Assembly (NCBI RefSeq): GCF_963921235.1
Contig: NC_086101.1
Span: 190,464,001-190,528,000 of the forward strand
Direction: 5' to 3'
Origin: Mobula hypostoma
Lineage: Eukaryota
DNA length: 64,000 bases
Below are positions 51,540 through 63,079 of the stretch, piece by piece. The notes under the pieces are model-generated. The model saw only the letters and a program-made list of their open reading frames with translations. It ran no database searches and was not told the origin of the DNA. Each line of letters begins with the position of its first letter. Within the stretch, counting starts at the first letter, position 1. Made by a program: the position numbers and the translations under genes.

Positions 51540-53040
51540 TAAAATTGCGATAATCGTGGAGGATTTCAGTATACAAGTAGACTGGGAAAATCAGGTTGGT
51601 GTTGGATTTCCAAGAGAGGGAATTTCTACAAGATAGCTTTGTTAAAGCAATTTGTGTTTGAACCCATTAGGGGAATGGCAACTGTGGACTGGGTGTTCTG
51701 TAATAACCTGGATTTGGTTAGAGAGCTTAAGGTAAAGGAACCCTTAGGAGACAGTGACCATAATATGATAGAATTCACCCTGCAGTTTGAGAAGAAGAAG
51801 CTAAAATTGGATATATCAGTATTACAGTGGAATAAAGGGAATACAGAGGCAAGAGAGAGGAGCTGGACAAAGTGGTTGGAAGGGGGCAGGAGCAGGGATA
51901 TCAACAGAATAGCAATGTCTAGAGTTTCCAAAGGGAAATTTGGATGGTGCAGGATAGTTACATCCAAAACATGCTGCACACGAGGTTGCTTAATAGGTTA
52001 AGAGTCAATGGTATTGGAGGAAAGATACTAGCATGGATAGAGCATTGGATGATTGGCAGGAGGCAAAGAATGGGAATAACGGGGATTTTTTCTAGTTGGC
52101 TGCCAGTGACTAGTAATGTGCTCAGAGGTTGGTGTTAGGTTCACTTCTTTTCACATCATATGTCAATGATTTGAATGAAGGAATTGATGGCCTCGTGGCT
52201 AAGTTTGCAGATGATACAAAGATAGATGGAGGGACAGATAGTGTTGAGGAAGCAGGGAATCTGCAGAAGGACTTAGACTGATTGGGAGAATGGGGAAAGT
52301 GGCAGGTGAAATATAACGTAGGGAAGTGCATGGTCATGCACTTTGGTAGACGGAATAAAGGGATGGACTATTTTCTTAATGGGGAGTAAATTCAAAAATC
52401 AGAGGTGCAAAGAAACTTGGGAGTCCTCATGTAAGATTCCCTAAAGGTTAACTTGGAGTTTGAGATGGTGGTACGGAGGGCAATCTTAATGTTACCATTC
52501 ATTTTAAGAGGACTAGAATATAAAAGCAGGGATGTAATGCTGAGGCTTTATAATGCATTGGTCAGACCTCACATGGAGTATTGTGAGCATTTTAGTGTCC
52601 CTTATCTAAGAAAAAATGTGCTGGCATTGGAGAGGAGGTTTACGAGAATGATCCCAGGAATGAAAAGGTTAATGTATGAGGGTTGTTTGATGGTTCTGGG
52701 CCTGTACTTACTGGAGTTTAGGAGAATGAGGATCTCATTGAAGCCTATCGAATACTGAACGGCCAAGACAGAGTGGAGGTGGAGAGGATGTTTCCTATAG
52801 TGGGTAAGTCTAGGACCAGAGGGCACCACCTCAGCATTGAGGGAGATCCATTTAGAAGGAAGATGAGGAGGATTTTTTTTTTTGCCAGGGCATGGTGAAT
52901 CTGTGGAATTCATTGCCACAGGCGGCTGTGGAGGCCAAGTCATTGGGTATATTTAAGGCAGAGTTTGATAGGTTCTTCATTAGGGAGGGTATCAAAGGTC
53001 CCAGGCCCAAGGCAGGAGAATGGGGTTGTGAGGGATAATA
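51540..53040 (+). mobile_element. Heavily deleted CR1 LINE
   Basis: EPLGDSDHNMIEF, KFADDTK-like, VRPHMEYCE fragments; 3' part runs to about 53040. Confidence 0.75.
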
Positions 53041-53576
53041 AACCAGACAGAGGGCATGTCCTGGGTGATGGGGACCCTTAACGATGGATGCCGCCTTTTC
53101 GAGGCATCGCCTTTTGAAGATGTCCTCAGTGCTGGGGAGGCCAGCGCCCATGATGGAGCTGGCTGAATTTACAACTTTCTTCAGCATTTTCAGATCCTGT
53201 GCGGCAGTCTCTCCTGCATACCAGGCAGTGATGCAGCCAGTTAGAATGCTCTCTACAGCCCATAAGAGGGGGCATGATTTTAAGGTGATTCAGGATGATA
53301 GAGTTAAGTTTTTCTACACGTGCATGGAATGCCTTGCCAGGGGTGGTGGTAGAGGAAGACACATTGGGGGCATTTAGGGGACTTAGGCATTTGGATGATA
53401 GGAAAATGGAGACTATGTGGGAGGGAAAGTTTAGATTGATATTAGAGTAGGTGAGGAGATCGGCGCAGCATTGTGGGCTGAAGGACTGGTTCCGTGCTGT
53501 AATATTCTATGTTCTGTGATGGCTAACTGCCTCACTTCACACTCGCTTTAAAACAAATAGATGAGGCCTGAGGTAC

Positions 53577-53957
53577 CTTTTATCTTAATGAAGAGAATGA
53601 TGCCTGTTATTAGAAGGAGAAGAAACTTAATCAGTGGAATCAGGCACAGCATTCCGATGATGAAATTCGAGTAACTGTTATCGGTGGCGGACAGGTCAAT
53701 CTCGCGCGTGTCTCTTCCGTGTCCATTCTCAGCCACGCAGTGGTAGCTTCCTCCCGTCCTGGGGCGGAAAAGCTCCCCAACAACCTGATGTCGCTCTGGA
53801 TCTCGCGTGAATCTCATCTCACTACCGTTGGCGGGCAATGCACTGTTCTCAGGGCCGATCCACGTGATGATTGCAGGGGGTTCTCCTTCAGCCCTGCACA
53901 CCAGGGTCTCTCTGTCATCATCAGTCACAAGAGACAGCTCCAGGATGGTGGCTGGGA
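53577..53957 (-). CDS. SIGLEC15-like: Gene B exon: Ig C2-set domain + stalk + transmembrane helix with Lys
   Basis: Acceptor tttttgtttctcctcgag|TC and donor AAAG|gtacct; 381 nt, phase 1-1. (V)PATILELSLVTDDDRETLVCRAEGEPPAIITWIGP...HQVVGELF...GSYHCVAENGHGR...FIIGMLCLIPLIKFLLLLITGIILFIKIK matches recalled Siglec-15 C2/TM motifs (CTAEGEPPPALAWSGP, HLVTAELP, GRYTCTAANSLGR, FKALLLLG). Confidence 0.92.
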
Positions 53958-54189
53958 CTCGAGGAGAAACAAAAANNNNNNNNNNNNNNNNNNNNNNNNN
54001 NNNNNNNNNNNNNNNNNNNNNNNNNNNNNNNNNNNNNNNNNNNNNNNNNNNNNNNNNNNNNNNNNNNNNNNNNNNNNNNNNNNNNNNNNNNNNNNNNNNN
54101 NNNNNNNNNNNNNNNNNNNNNNNNNNNNNNNNNNNNNNNNNNNNNNNNNNNNNNNNNNNNNNNNNNNNNNNNNNNNNNNNNNNNNNNAT

Positions 54190-54800
54190 AAGACATAGGG
54201 ACAGATTTAGGCCATTCGGCCCATTGATTATGCTCCATCATGGCTGATGTATTATCCTTCTCAACCTTGTTTTTCTATCTTCTATCCAAAACCTTTGATG
54301 CCCTGATTAATCAAAAACCTATATAAAAACTTCAGTTTTAAACATATTCAATGACATGTGCTCCAAGACCATCCATGGCAATGAATTCTACAGATTTACC
54401 ACCCTTTGTCTGAAGAGGTTCCTCCTCATCTCTGTTCTAAATGGATCGTCCCTCTATTCTGAGGCTGTGCCTTCCCCCACTGTAGGACACATCCCCTCCG
54501 CGTCCACTCTATCTCGGCCTTTCAATATTTGATAGGTTCCAAGGAGATCCCCCACCGTTATTCTAAACTCTAGGGAGTCCAGGCCCAGAGGCATCGAATG
54601 ATCCTTATACGTTAACCCTTTCATTCCCAGAACCATTCTCGTGAACCTCCTCTGGACCCATTCCAATGCCAGCACATCTTGTCTCAGATAAGAGGCCCAA
54701 TGCTGCTTACAATACTCCAAGTGTGGTCTGACTAAAGCTATGGAAAGCCTCAACATTACATCCTTGCTTTTATATTCGAGTCCTCTCAAAATGAATGCCA
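54190..54800 (-). mobile_element. CR1 3' fragment next to assembly gap 53976-54187
   Basis: MLAFILRGLEYKSKDVMLRL..LVRPHLEYC on the minus strand. Confidence 0.8.
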
Positions 54801-56709
54801 ACATTGGATATGTTTATAACGAACATTAGGGTCTTTTTACCCTTCCAGTTTCTTAACTCTACCCACAAGGATTCTACATCTCCTGATGCTACATCTCTTC
54901 TTTATAAAGATTTGTTTTCAGTTTTTACCTACAGAGAGAGCCCACCCCCTCTGCTTTCCTGTCTGTTCTTTCGATGGAATGTGTATCTTTGGATATTAAG
55001 CTCCGAGCTATGATCTTCATTCAGCCACGATTCAGTGGGATTCAGCCCTATCACACCAGTTCCCAAGCCCCTGCCAAGTTCATTTGAACTCTCCCCAACA
55101 GCTCCAGCAAACCTGCCTGCAAGGATATTGGACCCCTCTTGGGTTCAGGTCCAACCCGTCCTTTTTGTCCGGGTCATACCTTTCCCAGAAGGGGGAATCC
55201 TCATACTGTTTATATCACATATATGTCTCACGATATACAGAAACTAAAGCGAACTGTCAGGTCAGCAGTAAAGGCCATTGACTGCAGTCAACCATCACTG
55301 TTGTTCGTCCATCACTGACGTCGATGAGGACCTCAACACCATTATTGATGGTGTCGAGACTAGCGCGTGACTTGGATTTAAGTGAGGGAGAGTTGCGCAG
55401 CGTCAGCCTCACTCTCTCTTCCCAATTCCCATCTGGATCCAGTGGCAAGACAGAGTCTAGATGGCTGGAGATGGGACTAGGTGCAGTGGATGACCAGGAC
55501 GTCTTCTGTGTCTTGTCCTGCTCTACACGTTCCACGACGCTTGCAAAGACCACCTTCTTGACCGTTGGACCTTCCATTGGTCTCGTCCACTCAATCCGCC
55601 GGAGTCTGTCTTCACATGCTGGGATAGACAACTCCCTATCTCACCGAGGGTTTGAGACCCGTCGGCTACCCTCACCTGGTTTAGCCGGCTTGTCGAAGCC
55701 GTTGCCTGGGGTGTGGCCGCTGTCGCATGCAAACAGCTATGGGGAGCCTCAGGTGAGAGCTGAGTGCCAGGTGGGGACCAAAGGTGGACTAACCGCCCTG
55801 AAAAGGACACGACATGTTCCCCCACCAGAGGTGCTACCCCTCCCTGACACCCCATATACATCACTGTAGGACTTGTACGTGTCCAGAACAAAGGAGCAGG
55901 CAGGCGACATTATTGGACACCACCCATCCTGCAAACTGCCTTCTCCAAAAGCTCTCTTCTGGAAAGCACCATAGGGCAATTAAAACAAAAACTGCACACC
56001 ATCTTAAAAGTTTCTTCCCCCAAGCAGTTAATCTGATCAAACATTGTAGTTAGCACCCGTGGGTATTTATATATTTATGCACCTTTTATCCCATATGCTG
56101 TTTTTTTGTTACATGCTGCACCCTGACCAGCACACCACAACAAATTCCGAGTATATGTAAATGCATATGGCAAACAAAGGTGATCCTTGATGCACTATCC
56201 TCTCACTTACACCACTGTGTCAGTCAGCCTGAGGGAATGACTGGTATAGGAAGCAGCTGTGTGGAGCTGACAGATAAGTTTCCTGTTCGCGCACTGCTCC
56301 ACTGCTGTGGGAAGGGGAAGGAAACCCATGTGGCGATGGGAGAATGAGCAAACTCCTTACACATAGCGGTAAGGGATTGAACCCTGGTGACCTTTGGCAC
56401 GGTCATGTGATTGCGTTAACTGGTGCGCTACCGTGCAGTTTGTTTCTCCGCTGTATCTCAGTTCAGTTCAGAATGCTAATTGCTTGTGTTTATTGTTTTC
56501 ATGATTTACTTTTCTCTCTGCAGTGTTTGACAGTCTGTTTCTAATGGGCTCTTTTGGGTTTCTTTGTTTAGCGGCTGCCTGTTGGGAGACGAATCTCAAG
56601 GTTGTATAATGTACACATACTTTGAAGTAAATGTATCTTGAACTTTGAATCAGGTCAGAATCACTGATATTGTCATGAGATAAAGCGACAGTAAATTTGA
56701 CCTTTATCA

Positions 56710-57340
56710 AATGGCGGCGCCATGCAGCTGTTCCGAATGATATCGTATGTGTTAACTAGGGGGCTGTGCACAATCCTGATTTGATGGAGACAGCTGTGAG
56801 AAGCACAGAGAAACATCTGGAGTAACTTCTGAAATGCCCGCTTCGCTGCCGCTGCTACTGTGCGATCGAGAATCTCCGGAGACGAAGGCCCCAAATCCTC
56901 GGCTTTGTGTTTTGCCTGTTGCTGGGGCCGGGGTCGAAGCGCTCGGCAGAGATGGTGCTCGGTGCTCGGTGTCGGAGAGCTGGTCGGAGGCTCGGAGTTT
57001 TCGGACGGACTCGGAGTCGGACTGTGGTCGGATGCTTCCAGGATGCTGCATCGGCAAGTTTGCGGTGCTGGAGGTTCACCGTCTGCGTGAGATGATGGGA
57101 ATTTCGAGAGACTTTGAGACTTCTTACCATGTGCCCATGGTCTGTTCTTTATCAAATTACGGTATTGCTTTGCACTGTTGTAACTATATGTTATAATTAA
57201 GTGGTTTTTGTCAGTTTTTCAGTCGCTTTGTCATGTGTCTCTGTGATATCATTCTGGAGAAACATTGTATCATTTCTTAATGGATGCATTACTAAATGAC
57301 AATAAAAGAAAGCTGCGTGTCCTCATAATCTAATCTAATC
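56710..57340 (+). mobile_element. About 0.65-kb non-coding retroposon family, copy 3
   Basis: aaatggcggcgcc head, shared body, (TAATC)n tail. Confidence 0.75.
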
Positions 57341-59037
57341 TTTATGCCATTAGATATGTGCTCAATGGGGAATGATTCCGGCGCTCTGCAGATGAAGCAG
57401 GGAGTGGGCAATGCTTTCTAAATGGCAGCAGAGACAAACAGGCCAAATAGCCTTGCTCTGTGTTGTAAAATTCCACTAGTCTGCACTGAGGCTGCAGTTA
57501 ACACCTTGCACAGTTTCTTTGCCAGCACCCGTCAGTCCCATGACGAACTTCTACCACCTTTGAATGACAGGCACAGAGAAATACTGTCAAGTTTCCCAGT
57601 TGCCACTATCCAGGCCAGTCCCTCTTCTTGCTACTACCGTCAGGAAAGAGTTACAGGAGCCTCAGGCCCCACACCACAACACTGAACTGATTCTACGACC
57701 TGCAGACTCTCTTTCAAGCACTCTTTACAACTCACGTTCACAGTATTGTTTTAATTTACATAGTCTGAATTCCCTTATGCATTGATTGTTTGTCAGTCTT
57801 CCTTTATGTCTGGTATTTCATAAGTTTTATTGTATTCTTACAAGTGTATTTTATTCTCTATTGATTATGTAGTTCCAGTAATATCTATAAACTGTAATTC
57901 ATTTAATTGTATCTGGTGTTTTGTCTGTTATTTGGGCGGGGTGGGGTACATCACACAGCATCCACACAAACTAATTACCCATTTTGGCGGGGCTGAGGGC
58001 TGTTTCCCTAGACGACAGTGAGCCGAGCGACCCTGAGGGTGGCCGGGGGGGCTACACAAGCTTACAAGAAAATGAATCTCGAGGTAGTTCAGTTTGTTTT
58101 CTTTTGCACATTGAACATTTGCCAGTCTTTCTGGGAGCCCGCGGCATCCGATTACACCATGTGACCAATTAACCTACTAACCGGTACACCTTTGGGACTG
58201 TGGGAGGAAACTGGAGCACCCAGAGGAAACCCACACAGTCACAGGGAGAACGTACAAACCCCTTGCAGACAGCAGCGGGAATTGAACCCAGTTCACTGTA
58301 ATAGTGTGATGCTAACTGCTAGGCTACCGTGACATACCACCATCATTTCCTCCTGGAGTCCTCTGGGGCCCTTCCATGATGTTTTATTTAGAGATAGAGC
58401 AGGGTAACAGGCTGTTCTGGTTCAAAGACCCAGTGTCACCCATTTACGCCCATGTAACCAATTAACCTATTAATCCGGAGGAAAATGACGTGGTCACAGG
58501 AAGAAAGTAGAAACTCTTTACAGACTGTGGTGGTCACTGGTGCTGTAATACTAACTTACATATAGTATTTTTTGTAAGATTCTATTGCATTTCTTTTTCC
58601 CTGTAAATATCTGTAAGCAAACAAATCTCAAGTTAGTACATGGTAACATACACGATTTTTAATGGGAAATTTACTTTGAAAGTTGAAGTTGAGTGAAATT
58701 AATTTAAAGTTGATGTGGAATTTGAAAACTGTGTAACTTTGAAGTTACACACCTCCCTGACCTGGAAACAAAATGCTGCCAATTCGATCTAAATTCTGGG
58801 AGCTTCTGCTCAGACGTGCTGGGGGAGCACCGTCACCGCAGGGACAGCAGCAGCTCAGACAGGGAGTCTGCCACCACTCTGCTGAGCAGAAGGGAGTGCA
58901 GATGGGTAAGAAATGCTGGTGCTAGCCACGATCTCCTTATGAATAAAGAGAAACACCATCAAATCCACTCCAGGACGAACGATGCTAAGGCTCAAGAATT
59001 ACGGCTGCTGTTCTCACTGACAAAGGTGTTTCCTTAC

Positions 59038-59397
59038 CTATAACCTGGAGTCCTGTCTCGTCCTGAATCACCGTTTCCCATGTGGAATTCCTGACCCAAA
59101 CACAACAGAAATAATCACCAGAGTCATTCATTCTGAGGTCCGTCACCCCGATGGAGGCGTCTCCCTGCTCTGGGTTTCCCACCAGCTCATAGCGACCTCC
59201 TTCGTTTACAGTGATGGTGTAGGGAGTGCTGACGGAGCTGGAGCGAGTCTGATTGAAGACAGTGGTCCCTTTCCAAGGATTCCCCTTCGTCCAGAGGATA
59301 GTGATGGACGCAACTTTCTTATCAAGGGGGCTGAAGGAACAGGGCAGTCTGGAAGAACCTCCCCTCTTCCCGATCACCGAAGTTGCTTTGAAACCAC
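59038..59397 (-). CDS. SIGLEC15-like: Gene B exon: Ig V-set domain of a Siglec-15-like receptor (essential Arg replaced by Cys)
   Basis: Acceptor ttctctatccaag|GT and donor ATAG|gtaagg; 360 nt, phase 1-1. (G)GFKATSVIGKRGGSSRLPCSF...ILWTKG...GRYELVGNPEQGDASIGVTDLRMNDSGDYFCCVWV...TGLQVI. Splices in frame to 53957. Confidence 0.9.
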
Positions 59398-59498
59398 CTT
59401 GGATAGAGAAGTGTTGCAAAGAATTATGTTATTCAACTATTAACTGTGCTGTCTTTGCAGTAACAAGGGCAGTAAAACTGTTAATGCTTACCATAAGA

Positions 59499-60230
59499 CA
59501 GGGGTCCCCAACCTTTTTTGCACTGTGGACCGGTTTCATATTGACAATATTCTTGTGGGGGGGGGGTAGGGTTGCCAACGAACAAGAGTAGCAGTCAAAT
59601 ACGTTGTTTACCCCAAAAGACGACAAGGACCATGAAGCCTTGCGCGGGCACCTGTGCGCATGCGCGATTTCTGCATGCATGTATGTGCCAATGTTTTCTA
59701 CAATTTGTTTCTGGCGATTCTGTTCAGGGGGGTGGTGCGGTGTTAATCACGACCGGAATATAGGTGATATGTGGCTAATACACTCAATTTCGTTTCTAAA
59801 AGGGTTTATCTAACGAATTTAATATTAAACACGCAGTGCATATTTTCCTCGCATGAATATAGCAATAAGTCAATTATCGGGGAGGACAGGGGAGCTTGAA
59901 GTAAGTGTTGAACGAACTTCCAGTAGAAGTGGTAGAAGCAGGTTCGATGTTATCATTTAAAGAAAAATTGGATAGGTATACGGACAGAAAAGGAATGGAG
60001 GGTTATGGGCTGAGTGCAGGTCGGTGGGACTAGGGGTGAGTAGCGTTCGGCACGGACTAGAAGGGCCGAGATGGCCTGTTTCCGTGCTGTAATTGTTATA
60101 TGGTTATATAATGGCATCATAACATTTTAAGTAACGTTTGGATATTAAACACACAGCACATATTTTCCCCGTATGAACATATAAAATCATTGCAACACAC
60201 CAGTATCGCTGAACCAGTGGGAGCCCTGGG
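59499..60230 (+). mobile_element. hAT/Charlie-like MITE remnant with a CR1 3' end inserted (about 59915-60110)
   Basis: Begins CAGGGGTCCCCAACCTTTTT, a typical hAT MITE TIR; no matching right TIR found; the CR1 tail matches the family at 19510-19725. Confidence 0.55.
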
Positions 60231-61439
60231 ATGGGAGACAGCGATACTCGAACGGGGTTCCTTATGTCCAGTCTATTCTGCAATTTAGTTTTTGTTGCAT
60301 TCTGTAGCTCTGGGGTGGGGTTGCCAGCCCCATGCACTACCCTCCTCCTTTTGCAGCTGAGCTTGTGACCGCCCATGGAAGAGTTTTCCTCATCCCTGCA
60401 TCTCATCATTTTGTACACCTCTCAGGTCTCTCCCCCTCCACCCAAATCGGTCCGGTCTTTCACTGATTCTATTATAGTTGTTATTCCATTAAGGATTTAC
60501 CGAGTATGCCTGCAAGAAAATGTATCGCAGGGTTGTATATGGTGACGTATATGTGCTTAGATAATAAATTTACTTTGAACCAGAGATATTATTAGATCTT
60601 TGTGGTTGGCTATGCTCGAGGCCAGTGGCAGACACTTCCTTCACCATAAAACCAAAAGTTCCCATCAGTGTTTGTCTGAAACTATTTTTTTTATAGGAAT
60701 CCATTAGTCTCGTGAGACCATGGATTTGCGCCTTGGAAGGTTTCCAGGGCGCAGGCCTGGGCAAGGTTGTATGGAAGACCAGCAGTTGCCCATGCTGCAA
60801 GTCTTCCCTCTCCACGACACTGATATTATCCAAGGGAAGGGCATTACGACCCAAACAGCTTGGCACCAGTGTTGTCATAGAGCAATGTGTGATTAAGTGC
60901 CTTGCTCAAGGACACAACGCTGCCTCAGCTAAGGCTCGAACTAGCGACCTTCAGATCACTAGGCGAACGCCTTAACCACTTGGCCACATGCCAACATCTG
61001 AAACTATTAACTGAAAGAGAAAGTGAGATCATATCACACCTAGCAGGAAGGTTATTCAACCTACTAACGAATAAAAGGCCCTGGAAGCTGCTACTAAAAA
61101 TCTTTGCAAGAACCGTCGCTCTTTTCCTTATTGGTGGAAGAAAGCTGTCCCACCAGGACAGAGCAGGACAGGGCAAATCCGTTGGGTCTGGGAAAAGTGG
61201 GAACTGAGCTCATTGAGATCTTCTAATTGCCTACCATGGTAGATGGTAAGAGGATGTTCTCCATGTCTGAAGGGTCTTGAATCAGAGTGTGGGGTCTCCC
61301 AACAGATGGGAGGATTGTTTATAACCAAAGACAGGAATAGTCTCTTTACTCAGGGAGCTGTGAAATCAGGGTCACTATATTATGAATAGACTTTTGGAGT
61401 CTGGAGGAGTCAATCGATATGAAGATCAGGAAATGATGA

Positions 61440-62300
61440 AGAACATAGAACAGTACAGTACAGGCCCTTCAGCCCACTTTGTTGTGCTAACCTTTTAACC
61501 TACTCCAAGATCAATTTAATTCTTCCCTCCCACATAACCCTCCATTTTTCTATCATCCATGTGCCTATCTAAGAATCTCTAAATGTCCCTGATTTATCTC
61601 TCTACCACCACCCCTTGCAGCACAGTCCATGCACTTACCACTGTCTGTGTAAAAATACCTTACATCTGACACCCCCCCATATACTGTACTTTCCTCCAAA
61701 ATCTCTTTAACATTATGCCCTCTTGTTTATACATTTATGCCCTGGGGAAAAGACTCTGGTTACCTACTCTATTCATGCCCCTTATCAACTTATCCACCCC
61801 TATCAAGTCACTTTTCATCCTCCTTCGCTTCAAAGAGAAAAACCCTCGATCACTCAACCTGACCTCAAAAAACATACTCTCTAATCTAGGCAGCATCCTA
61901 GTAATTCTCCTCTATACCCTCTCTAAATGTTCCACACCCTTCCTATAATGAAGCAACCAAACTGAACACAATACTCCAAAGTCTAACCAGAGTTTTATAG
62001 AGCTGCAACACTACCTCACAACTGTAGAATTCAATACCCTGACTAATGAAAGCCAACACAACGTACACCTTCTCAATCAACCTATCAACTTGCATAGCAA
62101 CTTTGAGGGGTCTATGGACGTGAAACCCAAGATCCACCTGTTCTTCCACACTGCTAAGAATCTTTCCATTAACCCTGTGCTCTACCTTCAAGTCCAAGCT
62201 TCTAAAGTGAATCACCTCACACTTTTCTGATTGAACAGCATCTGCCACTTTGCAGCCCAGCTCTCTAGCCTGTCAATGTCCTATTATAATCTACGACAAA
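61440..62300 (-). mobile_element. CR1 3' fragment
   Basis: EKCEVIHF...VEEQVDLG...VLAFISQGIE...LYKTLVR on the minus strand. Confidence 0.8.
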
Positions 62301-62334
62301 CGTCTACACTATCCACAACCAATCTACCACAAAG

Positions 62335-62950
62335 GTGACGCATTATATTATTTCGCTGAACACCTACGCTCTGTCGGCCAGAGAAAGCAGGATCTCCCAG
62401 TGGCCACACATTTTAATTCCACGTCCCATTCCCATTCTGATATGTCTATCCACGCCTCTCTACTGTAAAGACGAAGCCACACTCAGGTTGGAGGAACAAC
62501 ACCTTATATTCTGTCTGGGAAGCCTCCAACCTGATGGCATGAACATTGACTTCTCAAACTTCCACTAATGCCCCACCTCCCCCTCGTACCCCATCCGTTA
62601 TTTATTTATTTACATACACATTTTCTTTATCTCTCGCTCCTTTTTCTCCCTCTGTCCCTCTCACTATACCCCTTGCCCATCCTCTGGGCTTCCCCCCACC
62701 CCTTTTCTTTCTCCCTAGGCCTCCTGTCCCATGATCCTCTCATATCCCTTTTGCCAATCACCTGTCCAGCTCTTGGATCCATCCCTCCCCCTTTGGATCT
62801 CCCCCTCCCCCTCCCACTTTCAAATCTCTTACTAGCTCTTCCTTCAGTTAGTCCTGACGAAGGGTCTCGGCCCGAAACGTTGACTGTACCTCTTCCTAGA
62901 GATGCTGCCTGGCCTGCTGCGCTCACCAGCAACTTTGATGTGTGTTGCTT
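62335..62950 (+). mobile_element. Penelope 3' fragment (GIY-YIG C-terminus + terminal repeat)
   Basis: FAEHLRSVGQRKQDLPVATHFNSTSHSHSDMS; EATLRLEEQHLIFCLGSLQPDGMNIDFSNF. Confidence 0.85.
62850..62885 (+). ncRNA. Minimal type-I hammerhead ribozyme motif (Penelope-associated)
   Basis: AGUC-CUGACGA-A-GGGU(CUCG)GCCC-GAAAC-GUU-GACU: stem I AGUC/GACU, complete core, stem II, palindromic ACGU in place of stem III. Confidence 0.7.
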
Positions 62951-63079
62951 TATATCATTGAATGGTGAAGCAGGTTGCAGGCTCCATTTGGTTGACTCCT
63001 GACCCTCGATTTTATGCTCTAAGGTGACCAAGAAGCACAGCAGATGTTCAGAAAGTTTCCACATATAACAATAAAGCAG

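Noticed and set aside
55324-55869. 181-aa ORF as a host gene
   Set aside because: No recognisable domain or splice structure. The segment looks like a repeat (possibly RTE-related UTR) but I could not classify it.
7609-59397. One gene containing all four exons
   Set aside because: The order V-C2-TM-leader-V is topologically implausible, and the leader exon has its own ATG and CpG island.
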